From a virus: a DNA stretch of 40,932 nt. Of the stretch, positions 1 to 7,256 are shown in pieces. The notes below the pieces were generated by a model. The model did no database searches. It had not been told where the DNA came from and saw nothing but the letters and a program-made list of their open reading frames with translations. The translations under genes were made by a program, and so were the position numbers. The stretch spans positions 1-40,932 of IMG/VR virus record IMGVR_UViG_3300029133_000019. One strand, written 5' to 3'. Numbering within the stretch: position 1 is the stretch's first letter; the number at the start of each line of letters is the position of its first letter.

Positions 1-176
1 ACTCCGCCCGGATTGGCAGTTCCGGGTACTCCGCCCAGATTGGCAGTTCCGGGTACTCCGCCCAGATTGGCAGTTCCGGGTACTCCGCCCGGATTGGCAG
101 TTCCGGGTACTCCGCCCAGATTGGCAGTTCCGGGTACTCCGCCCGGATTGGCAGTTCCGGGGACTCCGCCCGGATT
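1..176 (+). repeat. 27-bp coding tandem repeat, left part (about 6.5 units)
   Basis: The unit tactccgccc(a/g)gattggcagttccggg is repeated head to tail. Only cag/cgg and tac/gac positions vary. Confidence 0.9.
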
Positions 177-407
177 AACTGCACTGGAAGTGATTCTGTG
201 ATCTGCTGTGCCGGACATGGCTCTGTGGTAAAAGCGCCAATTGGTTGCTGGATTACACTTGCAGAGTGGAAATACGATGGAGCAAAGCAACGATACGTTC
301 CGGCATGTGTGAAAACGGAGTATGTCGATGGCGAAAAAATCAAAGCGGATACACCGTACACGCTGAAAAACGGGGAGTTTGTGGAGGTTGAGAGTGATGG
401 AGAATAA
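1..407 (+). CDS. C-terminal part of a DUF7666-like tandem-repeat protein (gene continues from 40398..40932 across the contig junction)
   Basis: Frame 3 is open from the left edge to TAA 405-407. It encodes (Y/D)SA(R/Q)IGSSG nonapeptide repeats, then NCTGSDSVICCAGHGSVVKAPIGCWITLAEWKYDG... The repeat and frame match the ORF running off the right edge. Track ORF 198..407 is only its GTG-truncated tail. Confidence 0.7.
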   Translation, partial: SARIGSSGYSAQIGSSGYSAQIGSSGYSARIGSSGYSAQIGSSGYSARIGSSGDSARINCTGSDSVICCAGHGSVVKAPIGCWITLAEWKYDGAKQRYVPACVKTEYVDGEKIKADTPYTLKNGEFVEVESDGE

Positions 408-684
408 ATCTGACAAGTGTTCCAGCTGCAAGTACCGAATTGCCCCGGATGGATGGGCGGCTTGTGACGGCTGCATTCACGATGAAGGCTTGAAAGATCG
501 GTATGAGCCGATGACCAACGCCGACCGCATCCGGAACATGACGGATGCGGAGCTGGCGAAGTTACTCAGCACCGGAACGTTTATTTGCGAGGGGTGTAAA
601 GATATCTGCGAGAATATGCCGGGGTGCGAGGAATGCAGGTTGGCATGGCTCAAAGCCCCGGCAGAAAGCGAGGGGGAGAAATGA
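397..684 (+). CDS. Small Cys-rich protein, function unknown
   Basis: ATG 397 lies 9 nt after GGAGG. The protein carries several CxxC-type pairs (CSSC, CDGC, CEGC, CEEC). It overlaps the upstream stop by 11 nt. Confidence 0.55.
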   Translation: MENKSDKCSSCKYRIAPDGWAACDGCIHDEGLKDRYEPMTNADRIRNMTDAELAKLLSTGTFICEGCKDICENMPGCEECRLAWLKAPAESEGEK

Positions 685-1301
685 AAGTTCTGATAGCCTG
701 CGAGGAATCGCAAACCGTGTGCATGGCGTTCCGGGCGCTGGGGCATGAGGCTTATTCCTGCGATATTCAGTGGCCGTCCGGCGGGCACCCGGAGTGGCAC
801 ATCCTGGGGGATGCCCTGGAAGCCATCAAGGGCGGCACAATCGTCACCATGGACGGACAGACGCATGATGTGGGGAGGTGGGATTTGCTGATTGCACACC
901 CACCGTGTACCCACTTGTCGGTGTCAGGTGCAAGATGGTTTAAGGAAGGGGTTAAACCTCTCAGTTTGAAATATGAAGCCGCCGCTTTTTTCTTGAAGTT
1001 CGCAGAAGCGGATGTTGAAAAAATCGCAATAGAAAATCCGATTTGTGTTATGAGTTCGCTCTACCGCAAACCCGATCAAATCATCAATCCATGGCAATTC
1101 GGTCATCCTGAGCAGAAAAAGACGGCTTTGTGGCTTAAAAATCTTCCGCTGTTACAGGAAACGGACAATGTGCATGAGCACATGATGACGCTCCCCGAAA
1201 AAGAAAGAGCCAGGATATGGTGGTTGGGTAGCAATCACGCAAAAGAGCGAAGCAAGACCTTCCCCGGGATTGCAAAAGCTATGGCCGAACAGTGGGGATA
1301 A
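681..1301 (+). CDS. DNA (cytosine-5) methyltransferase-like protein (orphan, atypical N-terminus)
   Basis: ATG 681 follows GAGGGGGAG. Motifs seen: IAHPPCTHLSVSG (PC catalytic motif IV-like), IAIENP (motif VI ENV-like), C-terminal RSKTFPGIAKAMAEQW. The N-terminus MKVLIACEESQ replaces the canonical FxGxG. No cognate restriction gene is adjacent. Confidence 0.55.
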   Translation: MKVLIACEESQTVCMAFRALGHEAYSCDIQWPSGGHPEWHILGDALEAIKGGTIVTMDGQTHDVGRWDLLIAHPPCTHLSVSGARWFKEGVKPLSLKYEAAAFFLKFAEADVEKIAIENPICVMSSLYRKPDQIINPWQFGHPEQKKTALWLKNLPLLQETDNVHEHMMTLPEKERARIWWLGSNHAKERSKTFPGIAKAMAEQWG

Positions 1302-1339
1302 CACAAGCCCGGGGCAACCCGGGCGGGAAGGAGATAACA

Positions 1340-1732
1340 ATGGATGAAATCGAACTGAAGCCATGCCCGATGCTGCGGAAATATTTAAATACGGGGCTGA
1401 CGCCGGAACAGTGTGAAACCGCAAAGGTAATCATCGAATCTGCCTTTAGCGATGACACGTCAAAGGCAGAACGGATTCGGGAGCTGTTGAAAGCCGACAG
1501 GGACGGGCGGCTGGTGGTGCTACCGTGCAAGGTGGGCGATACGTTATTCAGAGTGTTCGCCGGAGAAATCTTAGAGCACAAAGTCGGAAACATGAGATAC
1601 CTCGCAATACAGGGACGGTGGGACATTGATACAACCCCGTTCTGCTCATACGTGGAAAGTTCCATGGGAAAAACGATTTTCTTAACCCGCGAAGAGGCGG
1701 AGAAAGCATTGGAGGCGATGAAAGATGTTTGA
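1340..1732 (+). CDS. Hypothetical protein
   Basis: ATG 1340 follows GGAAGGAG. The gene is translationally packed with its neighbours. No recognised motif. Confidence 0.55.
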   Translation: MDEIELKPCPMLRKYLNTGLTPEQCETAKVIIESAFSDDTSKAERIRELLKADRDGRLVVLPCKVGDTLFRVFAGEILEHKVGNMRYLAIQGRWDIDTTPFCSYVESSMGKTIFLTREEAEKALEAMKDV

Positions 1733-1907
1733 CCTAAAACCCTGCCCGTTTTGCGGGGGAAAAGGTGTAGAGATACTTGAAGACGAAAACAAGTACTTAT
1801 ACTATCGGTACATGGCACAGTGCCAGAAATGCGGAGCCAATGCAAAACTAGGCCGCACAAAAGAAGAAGCTCGTAAAGCCTGGAACAGGAGGGCTGACAA
1901 TGGCTAA
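1725..1907 (+). CDS. Lar-family restriction alleviation-like zinc-ribbon protein
   Basis: MFDLKPCPFCGG...CQKCGA...EEARKAWNRR matches the remembered Lar-family pattern (KPCPFCGG start, AWNRR end). Length is 60 aa. Confidence 0.6.
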   Translation: MFDLKPCPFCGGKGVEILEDENKYLYYRYMAQCQKCGANAKLGRTKEEARKAWNRRADNG

Positions 1908-2430
1908 AGCGGTACTTATCAGCATCCGCCCGGAGTGGGTGGAGAAGATTGCCAGAGGCGAAAAGACCGTTGAGGTGCGAAAAACCAGGCCAAAGCTGGA
2001 CACGCCGTTCAAATGCTACATCTACTGCACGCAAGGCAACGACGCACGCAGACTGCGCGGCTCATGGGGCAAGGTCATTGGGGAGTTTATTTGCGACCGG
2101 GTTGAAGCTATCAAGGCGGCAACAGGACCATATGGAATCTACGATGTGGATGATGACTTTGTGGCGCAGACTGGGCTTGTGGACGGTGCTTTGTGGGACT
2201 ACGGAAAAGGTGCAACGCTTTACGGCTGGCATATTTCCGATATGAAAATATATGAAACGCCGAAGGAACTGACAGAATTTCACACTTGGAAAAAATGCAA
2301 ATCATGCAGCCAAAGCGGGTACGAAAGCACAGCCTGCGCCTACGATGAAAATTGCATGGTTCCGGCTGTGATCACCAAAGCACCGCAAAGCTGGTGCTAT
2401 GTGGAGGAACTGGGCAATGGCGGATTATAA
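1900..2430 (+). CDS. ASCH domain-like protein
   Basis: The N-terminus AVLISIRPEWVEKIARGEKTVEVRK is typical of ASCH/PUA-like domains. AGGAGGG lies 6 nt upstream of the ATG. Confidence 0.6.
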   Translation: MAKAVLISIRPEWVEKIARGEKTVEVRKTRPKLDTPFKCYIYCTQGNDARRLRGSWGKVIGEFICDRVEAIKAATGPYGIYDVDDDFVAQTGLVDGALWDYGKGATLYGWHISDMKIYETPKELTEFHTWKKCKSCSQSGYESTACAYDENCMVPAVITKAPQSWCYVEELGNGGL

Positions 2431-2602
2431 CAAACCGGTTTACAAATCGGTAAAATGGAAGCTGGGCAGTTCGTTCGGATGGTGGAACGTCCCATATTGC
2501 CCTCATTGCAAACGGAGATTAGGATTGCTGGTTGCTGAACAAAAACCGTATGAATGCCCAATGTGCCACGGCACGTTAGATTGGAGGATTGACAATGGCT
2601 GA
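2417..2602 (+). CDS. Small zinc-ribbon protein
   Basis: ATG 2417 lies 7 nt after GGAGGA. Two Cys pairs are present (CPHC...CPMC). Confidence 0.45.
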   Translation: MADYNKPVYKSVKWKLGSSFGWWNVPYCPHCKRRLGLLVAEQKPYECPMCHGTLDWRIDNG

Positions 2603-3020
2603 TTACATAAGCCGGGAGGCGGCGAGTGCGGATGAGTGCAAGCACAAGATAAAAACGCCATTCGCAAAAATTATTGTGGGCGGAACACCCGAAAAGCCGT
2701 GCTACAACATCTTGTACTTTGACCCAGCGGACGGAAAATGTCATATTGGGTTTGGATCGTACTGCCGTGACAACGTGTTTCGTTGGCTTGCAGAGGAATT
2801 CGAGATCACGGAACCAGCCGCCGATGTGGAGCCGGTGCGGTATGGGAACTGGAATATCCGGCTTGCAGATGAAATGACCCTCTGCCTGGAATGCTCCATC
2901 TGCGGGCGCAAGGTAGACAATATCGACTTGCACCACCTGCTGGAAGCCGGAGAATACGGCGAGGCTTGCCGGAGATACACATATTGCCATTGCGGCAGCA
3001 AAATGGATTTGGAGGTATAA
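2595..3020 (+). CDS. Hypothetical protein (Cys-rich C-terminus)
   Basis: ATG 2595 lies 6 nt after GGAGGA. MADYISREAA... opening is common in phage early proteins. CLECSICG...CHCG motifs are present. Confidence 0.5.
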   Translation: MADYISREAASADECKHKIKTPFAKIIVGGTPEKPCYNILYFDPADGKCHIGFGSYCRDNVFRWLAEEFEITEPAADVEPVRYGNWNIRLADEMTLCLECSICGRKVDNIDLHHLLEAGEYGEACRRYTYCHCGSKMDLEV

Positions 3021-3021
3021 C

Positions 3022-3570
3022 ATGACAAGAGAAGAAGCAATTAAACATGCCGAAGCCGTGATGGATTATATGGCTGATGTGGCGGATTTGTTGGAAAAAC
3101 AGCAGAATAAAATCAGGGATCTTGAATACGAGGCCCAGGAGCGCGAGAAAGCCGTCGTCCAGCTTCGGAAGAAGTGGCAGGATGCCGAAATGTTCATTTG
3201 TACCATGTGCGGTCATTTTGACCACAATATAGACGGAAATATTGTCTACGGGAACAAGGATTGTGGTGAGATCGTCGGCTACCCCTATTGTAAGAAGTTC
3301 ACCCCATGGATTCCTGCGTCTGTTCGGTTGCCGGAAGAACTTGAGCCTGTAAATGTGGTGTGGGTAAATCACAACCCAGAGCCGTACTACCGGTACATGA
3401 AGGACGTTCCGCAAAAAGCGACTGCTGTCTATTACAGGGAGGCTTGGTATTGGTGGTCGTGTGTTTGCGAAGATTTGCTTGCAGAGTACGGCGTGAACGA
3501 AACAGACCAAGTGGATGACGATGTTGAAATCACCCACTGGCAGCCGCTTCCAGAATTGCCGAAGGAGTGA
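3022..3570 (+). CDS. DUF551-like protein
   Basis: GGAGGT lies 5 nt upstream. The C-terminal ITHWQPLPELPKE resembles the DUF551 signature (W-x-PLPxxP). Confidence 0.5.
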   Translation: MTREEAIKHAEAVMDYMADVADLLEKQQNKIRDLEYEAQEREKAVVQLRKKWQDAEMFICTMCGHFDHNIDGNIVYGNKDCGEIVGYPYCKKFTPWIPASVRLPEELEPVNVVWVNHNPEPYYRYMKDVPQKATAVYYREAWYWWSCVCEDLLAEYGVNETDQVDDDVEITHWQPLPELPKE

Positions 3571-3576
3571 CGGAAA

Positions 3577-3759
3577 GTGACAGATTGCTTCAATTACCAA
3601 TGCTTGTGCAGGGGGAATGAGAGCAAGCCTCCCTACAAGTGCGAGTGCGTGGCTTGCCCCAACAGGGTTACAGAATCACATATTATCATGAGCAACCGAA
3701 CACTGACGCAAGAATCAATTAAATATCTTACGAAAAATGGAGGTATCGGGAATGAGTGA
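3577..3759 (+). CDS. Small Cys-rich protein
   Basis: GTG start lies 9 nt after GAAGGAG. Length is 60 aa. Confidence 0.35.
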   Translation: MTDCFNYQCLCRGNESKPPYKCECVACPNRVTESHIIMSNRTLTQESIKYLTKNGGIGNE

Positions 3760-3916
3760 AAGACAAGAACACCGTCAGCGCCTTAACGCTAGAATTGCTT
3801 ACGCCGCCGCTATTGAGCGGTGGGCGAAGAATCAGCCGTCACGCATTCGGTTCTTTGCCGTCAGACGCTGGCTGAAACAGATGCCGAGGAGGGAGGATTT
3901 TTATGAGGCTGATTGA
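3752..3916 (+). CDS. Small hypothetical protein (54 aa; below the ORF-track cutoff)
   Basis: Hand translation gives MSERQEHRQRLNARIAYAAAIERWAKNQPSRIRFFAVRRWLKQMPRREDFYEAD. The ORF fills an otherwise empty gap and overlaps both neighbours slightly. Confidence 0.35.
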   Translation: MSERQEHRQRLNARIAYAAAIERWAKNQPSRIRFFAVRRWLKQMPRREDFYEAD

Positions 3917-4343
3917 GGGGCGATCATTTTACAAAGAGCCGTGGTACGGTAGTTATCATTCGATGATGGACAGATGTTACAGGAAGAAAGCACATAATTA
4001 CCTCCAGTATGGCGGACGTGGTATTGCTGTTTGCGAAGAATGGCATGATATCGAATTGTTTGAGCAATGGGTAAAAGGCTCAAAATATAAGCCGGGGATG
4101 TCGTTGGAACGAATAAATGTCAACGCTGATTATTCTCCTGAAAATTGCACTTGGGCAACAGCAAAGGAACAAGCGAATAACCGGAGAAACACGGTGAGAA
4201 TCAAGTACATGGGCGAAAACCGCACTGTAGGAGAGTGGGCAGAGGCTTTAGGAATGAGTAGGAGTACAATTTCCAGCCGATATTACCGAGGGCTTCCCAT
4301 TGAAAAAGTGCTTGCGAAGGAGAATTTGAGATGCCACGCTTAA
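3903..4343 (+). CDS. AP2/HNH-associated-type DNA-binding protein
   Basis: The pattern YHSMMDRCYRKKAHNYLQYGGRGIAVCEEW...SLERINVNADYSPENCTWATAKEQANN is the recurring phage AP2-like/HNH-associated fold signature. A C-terminal HTH-like segment follows (TVGEWAEALGMSRSTISSRY). Confidence 0.55.
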   Translation: MRLIEGRSFYKEPWYGSYHSMMDRCYRKKAHNYLQYGGRGIAVCEEWHDIELFEQWVKGSKYKPGMSLERINVNADYSPENCTWATAKEQANNRRNTVRIKYMGENRTVGEWAEALGMSRSTISSRYYRGLPIEKVLAKENLRCHA

Positions 4344-4630
4344 TTGATGCAGAGGAATTGGAACTCCAATTTGATGTTTCCGACGAAGATATTATAGCAA
4401 AGGAGATAATCCGGAATGCCCCCACCGTGGACGCCGTCCCCGTTGTCAGGTGTAAGGATTGCGTTGCGTTCGAGCAAAAAGGTAAGTATCCAGCCGGAAT
4501 GCCTGAATATCCGGACGAGATGCCATATGGGTATTGCTATCATTGGGACTACGAGGAGGGCATGCTCCCTAACGAGGTAGACGGCGATGATTTTTGCAGT
4601 CATGGGAGAATACGGGAGGCCGAAGAATGA
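4331..4630 (+). CDS. Hypothetical protein
   Basis: AAGGAG lies 8 nt upstream of the ATG. The ORF is packed with its neighbours. Confidence 0.5.
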   Translation: MPRLIDAEELELQFDVSDEDIIAKEIIRNAPTVDAVPVVRCKDCVAFEQKGKYPAGMPEYPDEMPYGYCYHWDYEEGMLPNEVDGDDFCSHGRIREAEE

Positions 4631-4800
4631 GCTATAAACCCACTTACATGGACTGCTGGCATTTTATAGCCCCTCTGATTCCGGTGAACACTGACTACAC
4701 AATGGATATTTACATCATGGTGTTTAACGCCCTGAAAGAAGCGGAGAAAAAACGGATTGCAGAAAAGAAAGGGGGGAGGAAAGCTACACATGACACGTAA
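4627..4800 (+). CDS. Small hypothetical protein
   Basis: An ATGA overlap joins it to the upstream stop. Length is 57 aa. Confidence 0.4.
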   Translation: MSYKPTYMDCWHFIAPLIPVNTDYTMDIYIMVFNALKEAEKKRIAEKKGGRKATHDT

Positions 4801-4921
4801 ACGCTTTATCAAACTCCTGATGGGGAAGCTTCTGCTTTCACAGAACGAGGCAAACTACATTGCCGATATTGTAAGAATTTACGATCGGGTTGTAAGAATT
4901 TGTGATCGGAGGGAATCATGA
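4790..4921 (+). CDS. Small hypothetical protein (43 aa), contains a 20-bp direct repeat
   Basis: Hand translation gives MTRKRFIKLLMGKLLLSQNEANYIADIVRIYDRVVRICDRRES. An ATGA overlap joins it to the next gene. Confidence 0.3.
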   Translation: MTRKRFIKLLMGKLLLSQNEANYIADIVRIYDRVVRICDRRES

Positions 4922-5217
4922 GCAAAAAACCGGACTATCTCACCCTGTGCTCCATAGCCGCCCAGAAGGCCGGGACGAGCTACGGGAAGTACATGGCAAT
5001 GCACGGATACCACCCGCCAATTCATGCCGATACAGATGGCGTGGGAGCCCCACAGGGCATTGTTAAAATCTGCCCCCAGTGCGGGAAGGAATTCACACAG
5101 GGAAAGATCAAGCAGAAAATCTATTGCAGCTTGGAGTGCCAGAAAGCCCACGCTCAGAGAGCCGCTAAAAGGAGATACCGCGATAGAAAAAATAAGGAAT
5201 TGGAGGTACATGGATAA
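4918..5217 (+). CDS. Zinc-ribbon protein with basic C-terminus
   Basis: GGAGGG lies 4 nt upstream. Motifs CPQCGKEF...YCSLECQ are present, followed by a basic tail. Confidence 0.5.
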   Translation: MSKKPDYLTLCSIAAQKAGTSYGKYMAMHGYHPPIHADTDGVGAPQGIVKICPQCGKEFTQGKIKQKIYCSLECQKAHAQRAAKRRYRDRKNKELEVHG

Positions 5218-5618
5218 TGGCAGAACAGGATTTCAAATTTGATGATGCGTTGCTCATGAAGACTGCACGCGAGATGCTTGCAAAAAAATTGACCGAAACA
5301 GTGAAAGAGGCCGCCAAGTCCGGGGAATGGGAGATAACCACCATCGAGCAGGAAGAACCTGACCCGGAAAAGATTCTCCGGAGGATGTTTGCAAAATACG
5401 CCTACGGCAACGTCCCGGAGTGGTTCGCCTCTGCGGTATCTGCGACGTCCTATGTGCTGTCTGTGGACAAGGGAAAGGGGATTGAGTGTATTTCCGTCTT
5501 GCACACGGCAGCGGAACGGGCACCGGCTGAAATTCGGATGACGGCGCAGACAAAGTTGCTTATGATATGCCAAGAAACCGGAATGCTCGGCGGGATTGGG
5601 AGCCTGCCTGTTCTCTAG
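5217..5618 (+). CDS. Hypothetical protein
   Basis: ORF of 133 aa abutting the upstream gene. No recognised motif. Confidence 0.5.
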   Translation: MAEQDFKFDDALLMKTAREMLAKKLTETVKEAAKSGEWEITTIEQEEPDPEKILRRMFAKYAYGNVPEWFASAVSATSYVLSVDKGKGIECISVLHTAAERAPAEIRMTAQTKLLMICQETGMLGGIGSLPVL

Positions 5619-5789
5619 GGGCAACATGGAGTACAAGGATAGCAGGAAGTACTGCGTCGGGTGATGGTATTTCTTCGGGTACCACGACGGCGGAAAGTGC
5701 TGCAATTACATATTCGTCCGTGGGGAAAAGCGGCCTTGCCCGCCTGGGAAGGATTGTACAGAAAGAAGGGAGAAAACGAAAAACAGGAG

Positions 5790-5900
5790 ACGGCATTTAA
5801 TATTATAGCTTTATCCATGTATAGTATATATTAAATATAATCTTATATCTTGTGTGTATTGTGTATATCTATACAGGGATTTAATAAGATATGCAAGGAG
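5790..5900 (+). promoter_or_regulatory. AT-rich putative promoter/regulatory region upstream of the late activator gene
   Basis: AT content rises sharply here. TATAAT sits at 5836-5841. Inverted GTATAG/CTATAC arms and TGTGTAT repeats are present. Confidence 0.3.
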
Positions 5901-5907
5901 GAACGGA

Positions 5908-6345
5908 ATGAACTGGAAGTATGAAGCCATTGAAAAGCTAAAGGAGTACAGTGCAAAGAAACAGTCCCTGAAAAGCATTCCCGAAGAAATGGCGCGGCTG
6001 GAATCCGCTATGCAGAGCATCCGAAGTGCCACGGCTGACGGTACGCCGGTAAGCGGCGGTGGTTCCGGCCGGGAGGATATGATGCTATCGAATATCGTTC
6101 ACCGTGAGGAACTGGCGCGTTCGCTGGAACAGGCAAAAAAGTGGGTTTCGCTGGTGGATTCCGGGCTTGAAACTCTCTCAGACGATGAACGCAAGATTTT
6201 GGATAGATTCTACATAAAGCCCGCGAGGGGAAATGTGGACAGGCTGTGCGAAGAATTCGGGATTGAAAAGTCTCAGGTTTATGCGCGAAAGGATTCGGCA
6301 CTTCACCATTTTACGATTTGCCTGTACGGATGCGCAGAAATTTGA
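5908..6345 (+). CDS. Sigma-70 region-4-like late transcriptional activator (RinA/ArpU/DUF1492-type position)
   Basis: AAGGAGGA lies 6 nt upstream. The C-terminal LSDDERKILDRFYI...VDRLCEEFGIEKSQVYARKDSALHHF looks like a sigma region 4 HTH. The gene lies upstream of terS, as in RinA-type regulators. Confidence 0.55.
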   Translation: MNWKYEAIEKLKEYSAKKQSLKSIPEEMARLESAMQSIRSATADGTPVSGGGSGREDMMLSNIVHREELARSLEQAKKWVSLVDSGLETLSDDERKILDRFYIKPARGNVDRLCEEFGIEKSQVYARKDSALHHFTICLYGCAEI

Positions 6346-6384
6346 AAAACCGGAAAAAAACCGGAAGATTTTTCGGTTTGAATG

Positions 6385-6393
6385 TGCTATACT
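6385..6393 (+). promoter_or_regulatory. Possible extended -10 element (TGCTATACT) upstream of the tRNA
   Basis: The match is TGnTATACT. No good -35 was found. Confidence 0.25.
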
Positions 6394-6480
6394 GGTAAAA
6401 AAGAAAAAGCGCAAGAGGCTTGGGATTGCTCCTGAGCCTCTTTTACCAGAAATGGTGTTGGAAGCCCTTCTTTTTTCCAC

Positions 6481-6554
6481 TGCGGCATAGCCAAAAGGTA
6501 AGGCACATGGTTCTGACCCATGTAATGGAAGTTCGATTCTTTCTGCCGCAACCA
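6481..6554 (+). tRNA. tRNA-Gln (anticodon CTG)
   Basis: Folded by hand. Acceptor stem TGCGGCA/TGCCGCA with a U1-A72 pair. D arm GCC-AAAAGGTAA-GGC, close to E. coli tRNA-Gln. Anticodon arm CATGG-TTCTGAC-CCATG. Variable region TAAT. T arm GGAAG-TTCGATT-CTTTC. Discriminator A and an encoded CCA. Confidence 0.9.
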
Positions 6555-6836
6555 GCGGGGGGCTGGACAATTCAAGCACGCCGATAACTGCCGTATGCGC
6601 AAGGCAGCCAAAGCGAAGGAGAAGGAACAGCATTGTGTGATAAGTGTACATAAGCGCACGATAGCTCAAAGTAGCTTACCCCGTCCCACAAAAATATTTC
6701 CTCGGCAAAAAGCCGAGTACATGAAGAATAGAAGGCTAAAATTTGGCGCGGTAGAAAACGAGTTGGGTTCACTCTCCCCAACAGAAGGCCGTTTGAATCG
6801 GCCTCGCGCCAATTATTTTGTATGAGAGGTGGTGCT

Positions 6837-7256
6837 ATGGCTGCAAGGATTACAGATCGGAAGAAAAAGAAAATAATCGCCGACTGGATAGAAATGCAGT
6901 CGTACAGCGCCGTTGCAAAAAAGCATGGCGTAACTCACCAGACTGTGAAAAGAATTGTTAGCGCTTCACCGGATATCGCCCAAAAAGTGCAGCAAAAAAA
7001 AGAAGAGAATACCGCCGATATGATGGCATACATGGAATCACAAAAAGCGGCGATGCAAGAAGCAATCACTTTGCATCTGAAAGCGCTCACTGACCCCGAA
7101 AAGATTTCGGCCGCAACATTAAGCCAGATCGCAACATCTTTCGGGATTATTGTTGATAAGGCCACAAGAAACACGGCAAGCGGTAATGATAGCCTAAATA
7201 AGCTGGATGGGCTAATTAAGGAGTTCAGAGATGCTATTAAGCCCGAAACAGATTGA
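6837..7256 (+). CDS. terS: Terminase small subunit
   Basis: GAGAGGTGG RBS is present. An N-terminal HTH is seen (MQSYSAVAKKHGVTHQTVKRIV). The gene lies directly upstream of and overlaps terL. Confidence 0.7.
   Translation: MAARITDRKKKKIIADWIEMQSYSAVAKKHGVTHQTVKRIVSASPDIAQKVQQKKEENTADMMAYMESQKAAMQEAITLHLKALTDPEKISAATLSQIATSFGIIVDKATRNTASGNDSLNKLDGLIKEFRDAIKPETD

Noticed and set aside
1-176. The 27-bp repeats considered as a CRISPR array
   Set aside because: The units are contiguous with no spacers. They lie in-frame inside a coding sequence, and no cas genes or leader are present.
13-201. Track ORF encoding AVPGTPPRL repeats
   Set aside because: This is the wrong reading frame of the 27-bp tandem repeat. 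The frame that is continuous with the right-edge ORF and with the non-repetitive C-terminus (to 407) is frame 3, giving YSA(R/Q)IGSSG.
1279-3600. - strand ORFs 1279..2034 (251 aa) and 2806..3600 (264 aa)
   Set aside because: They lie opposite a chain of short, RBS-preceded, overlapping + strand genes with recognisable motifs (Lar, ASCH, DUF551). The - strand translations are Ser/Pro/Arg-rich nonsense.
5560-5818. ORFs 5567..5800 (+), 5560..5796 (-) and 5615..5818 (-)
   Set aside because: None has an RBS. The compositions are Ser/Arg/Gly-rich and implausible. The region is treated as non-coding.
6745-6811. A second bona fide tRNA gene
   Set aside because: The acceptor and T arms are good, but there is no D stem, the anticodon loop is 9 nt and the total length is about 66 nt. 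It is reported only as a tRNA-like element.
6233-6825. ORFs 6233..6490, 6595..6825 (+) and 6178..6669, 6387..6659, 6572..6781 (-)
   Set aside because: They overlap the tRNA-Gln gene and structured non-coding DNA. No RBS is present and the products are low-complexity.
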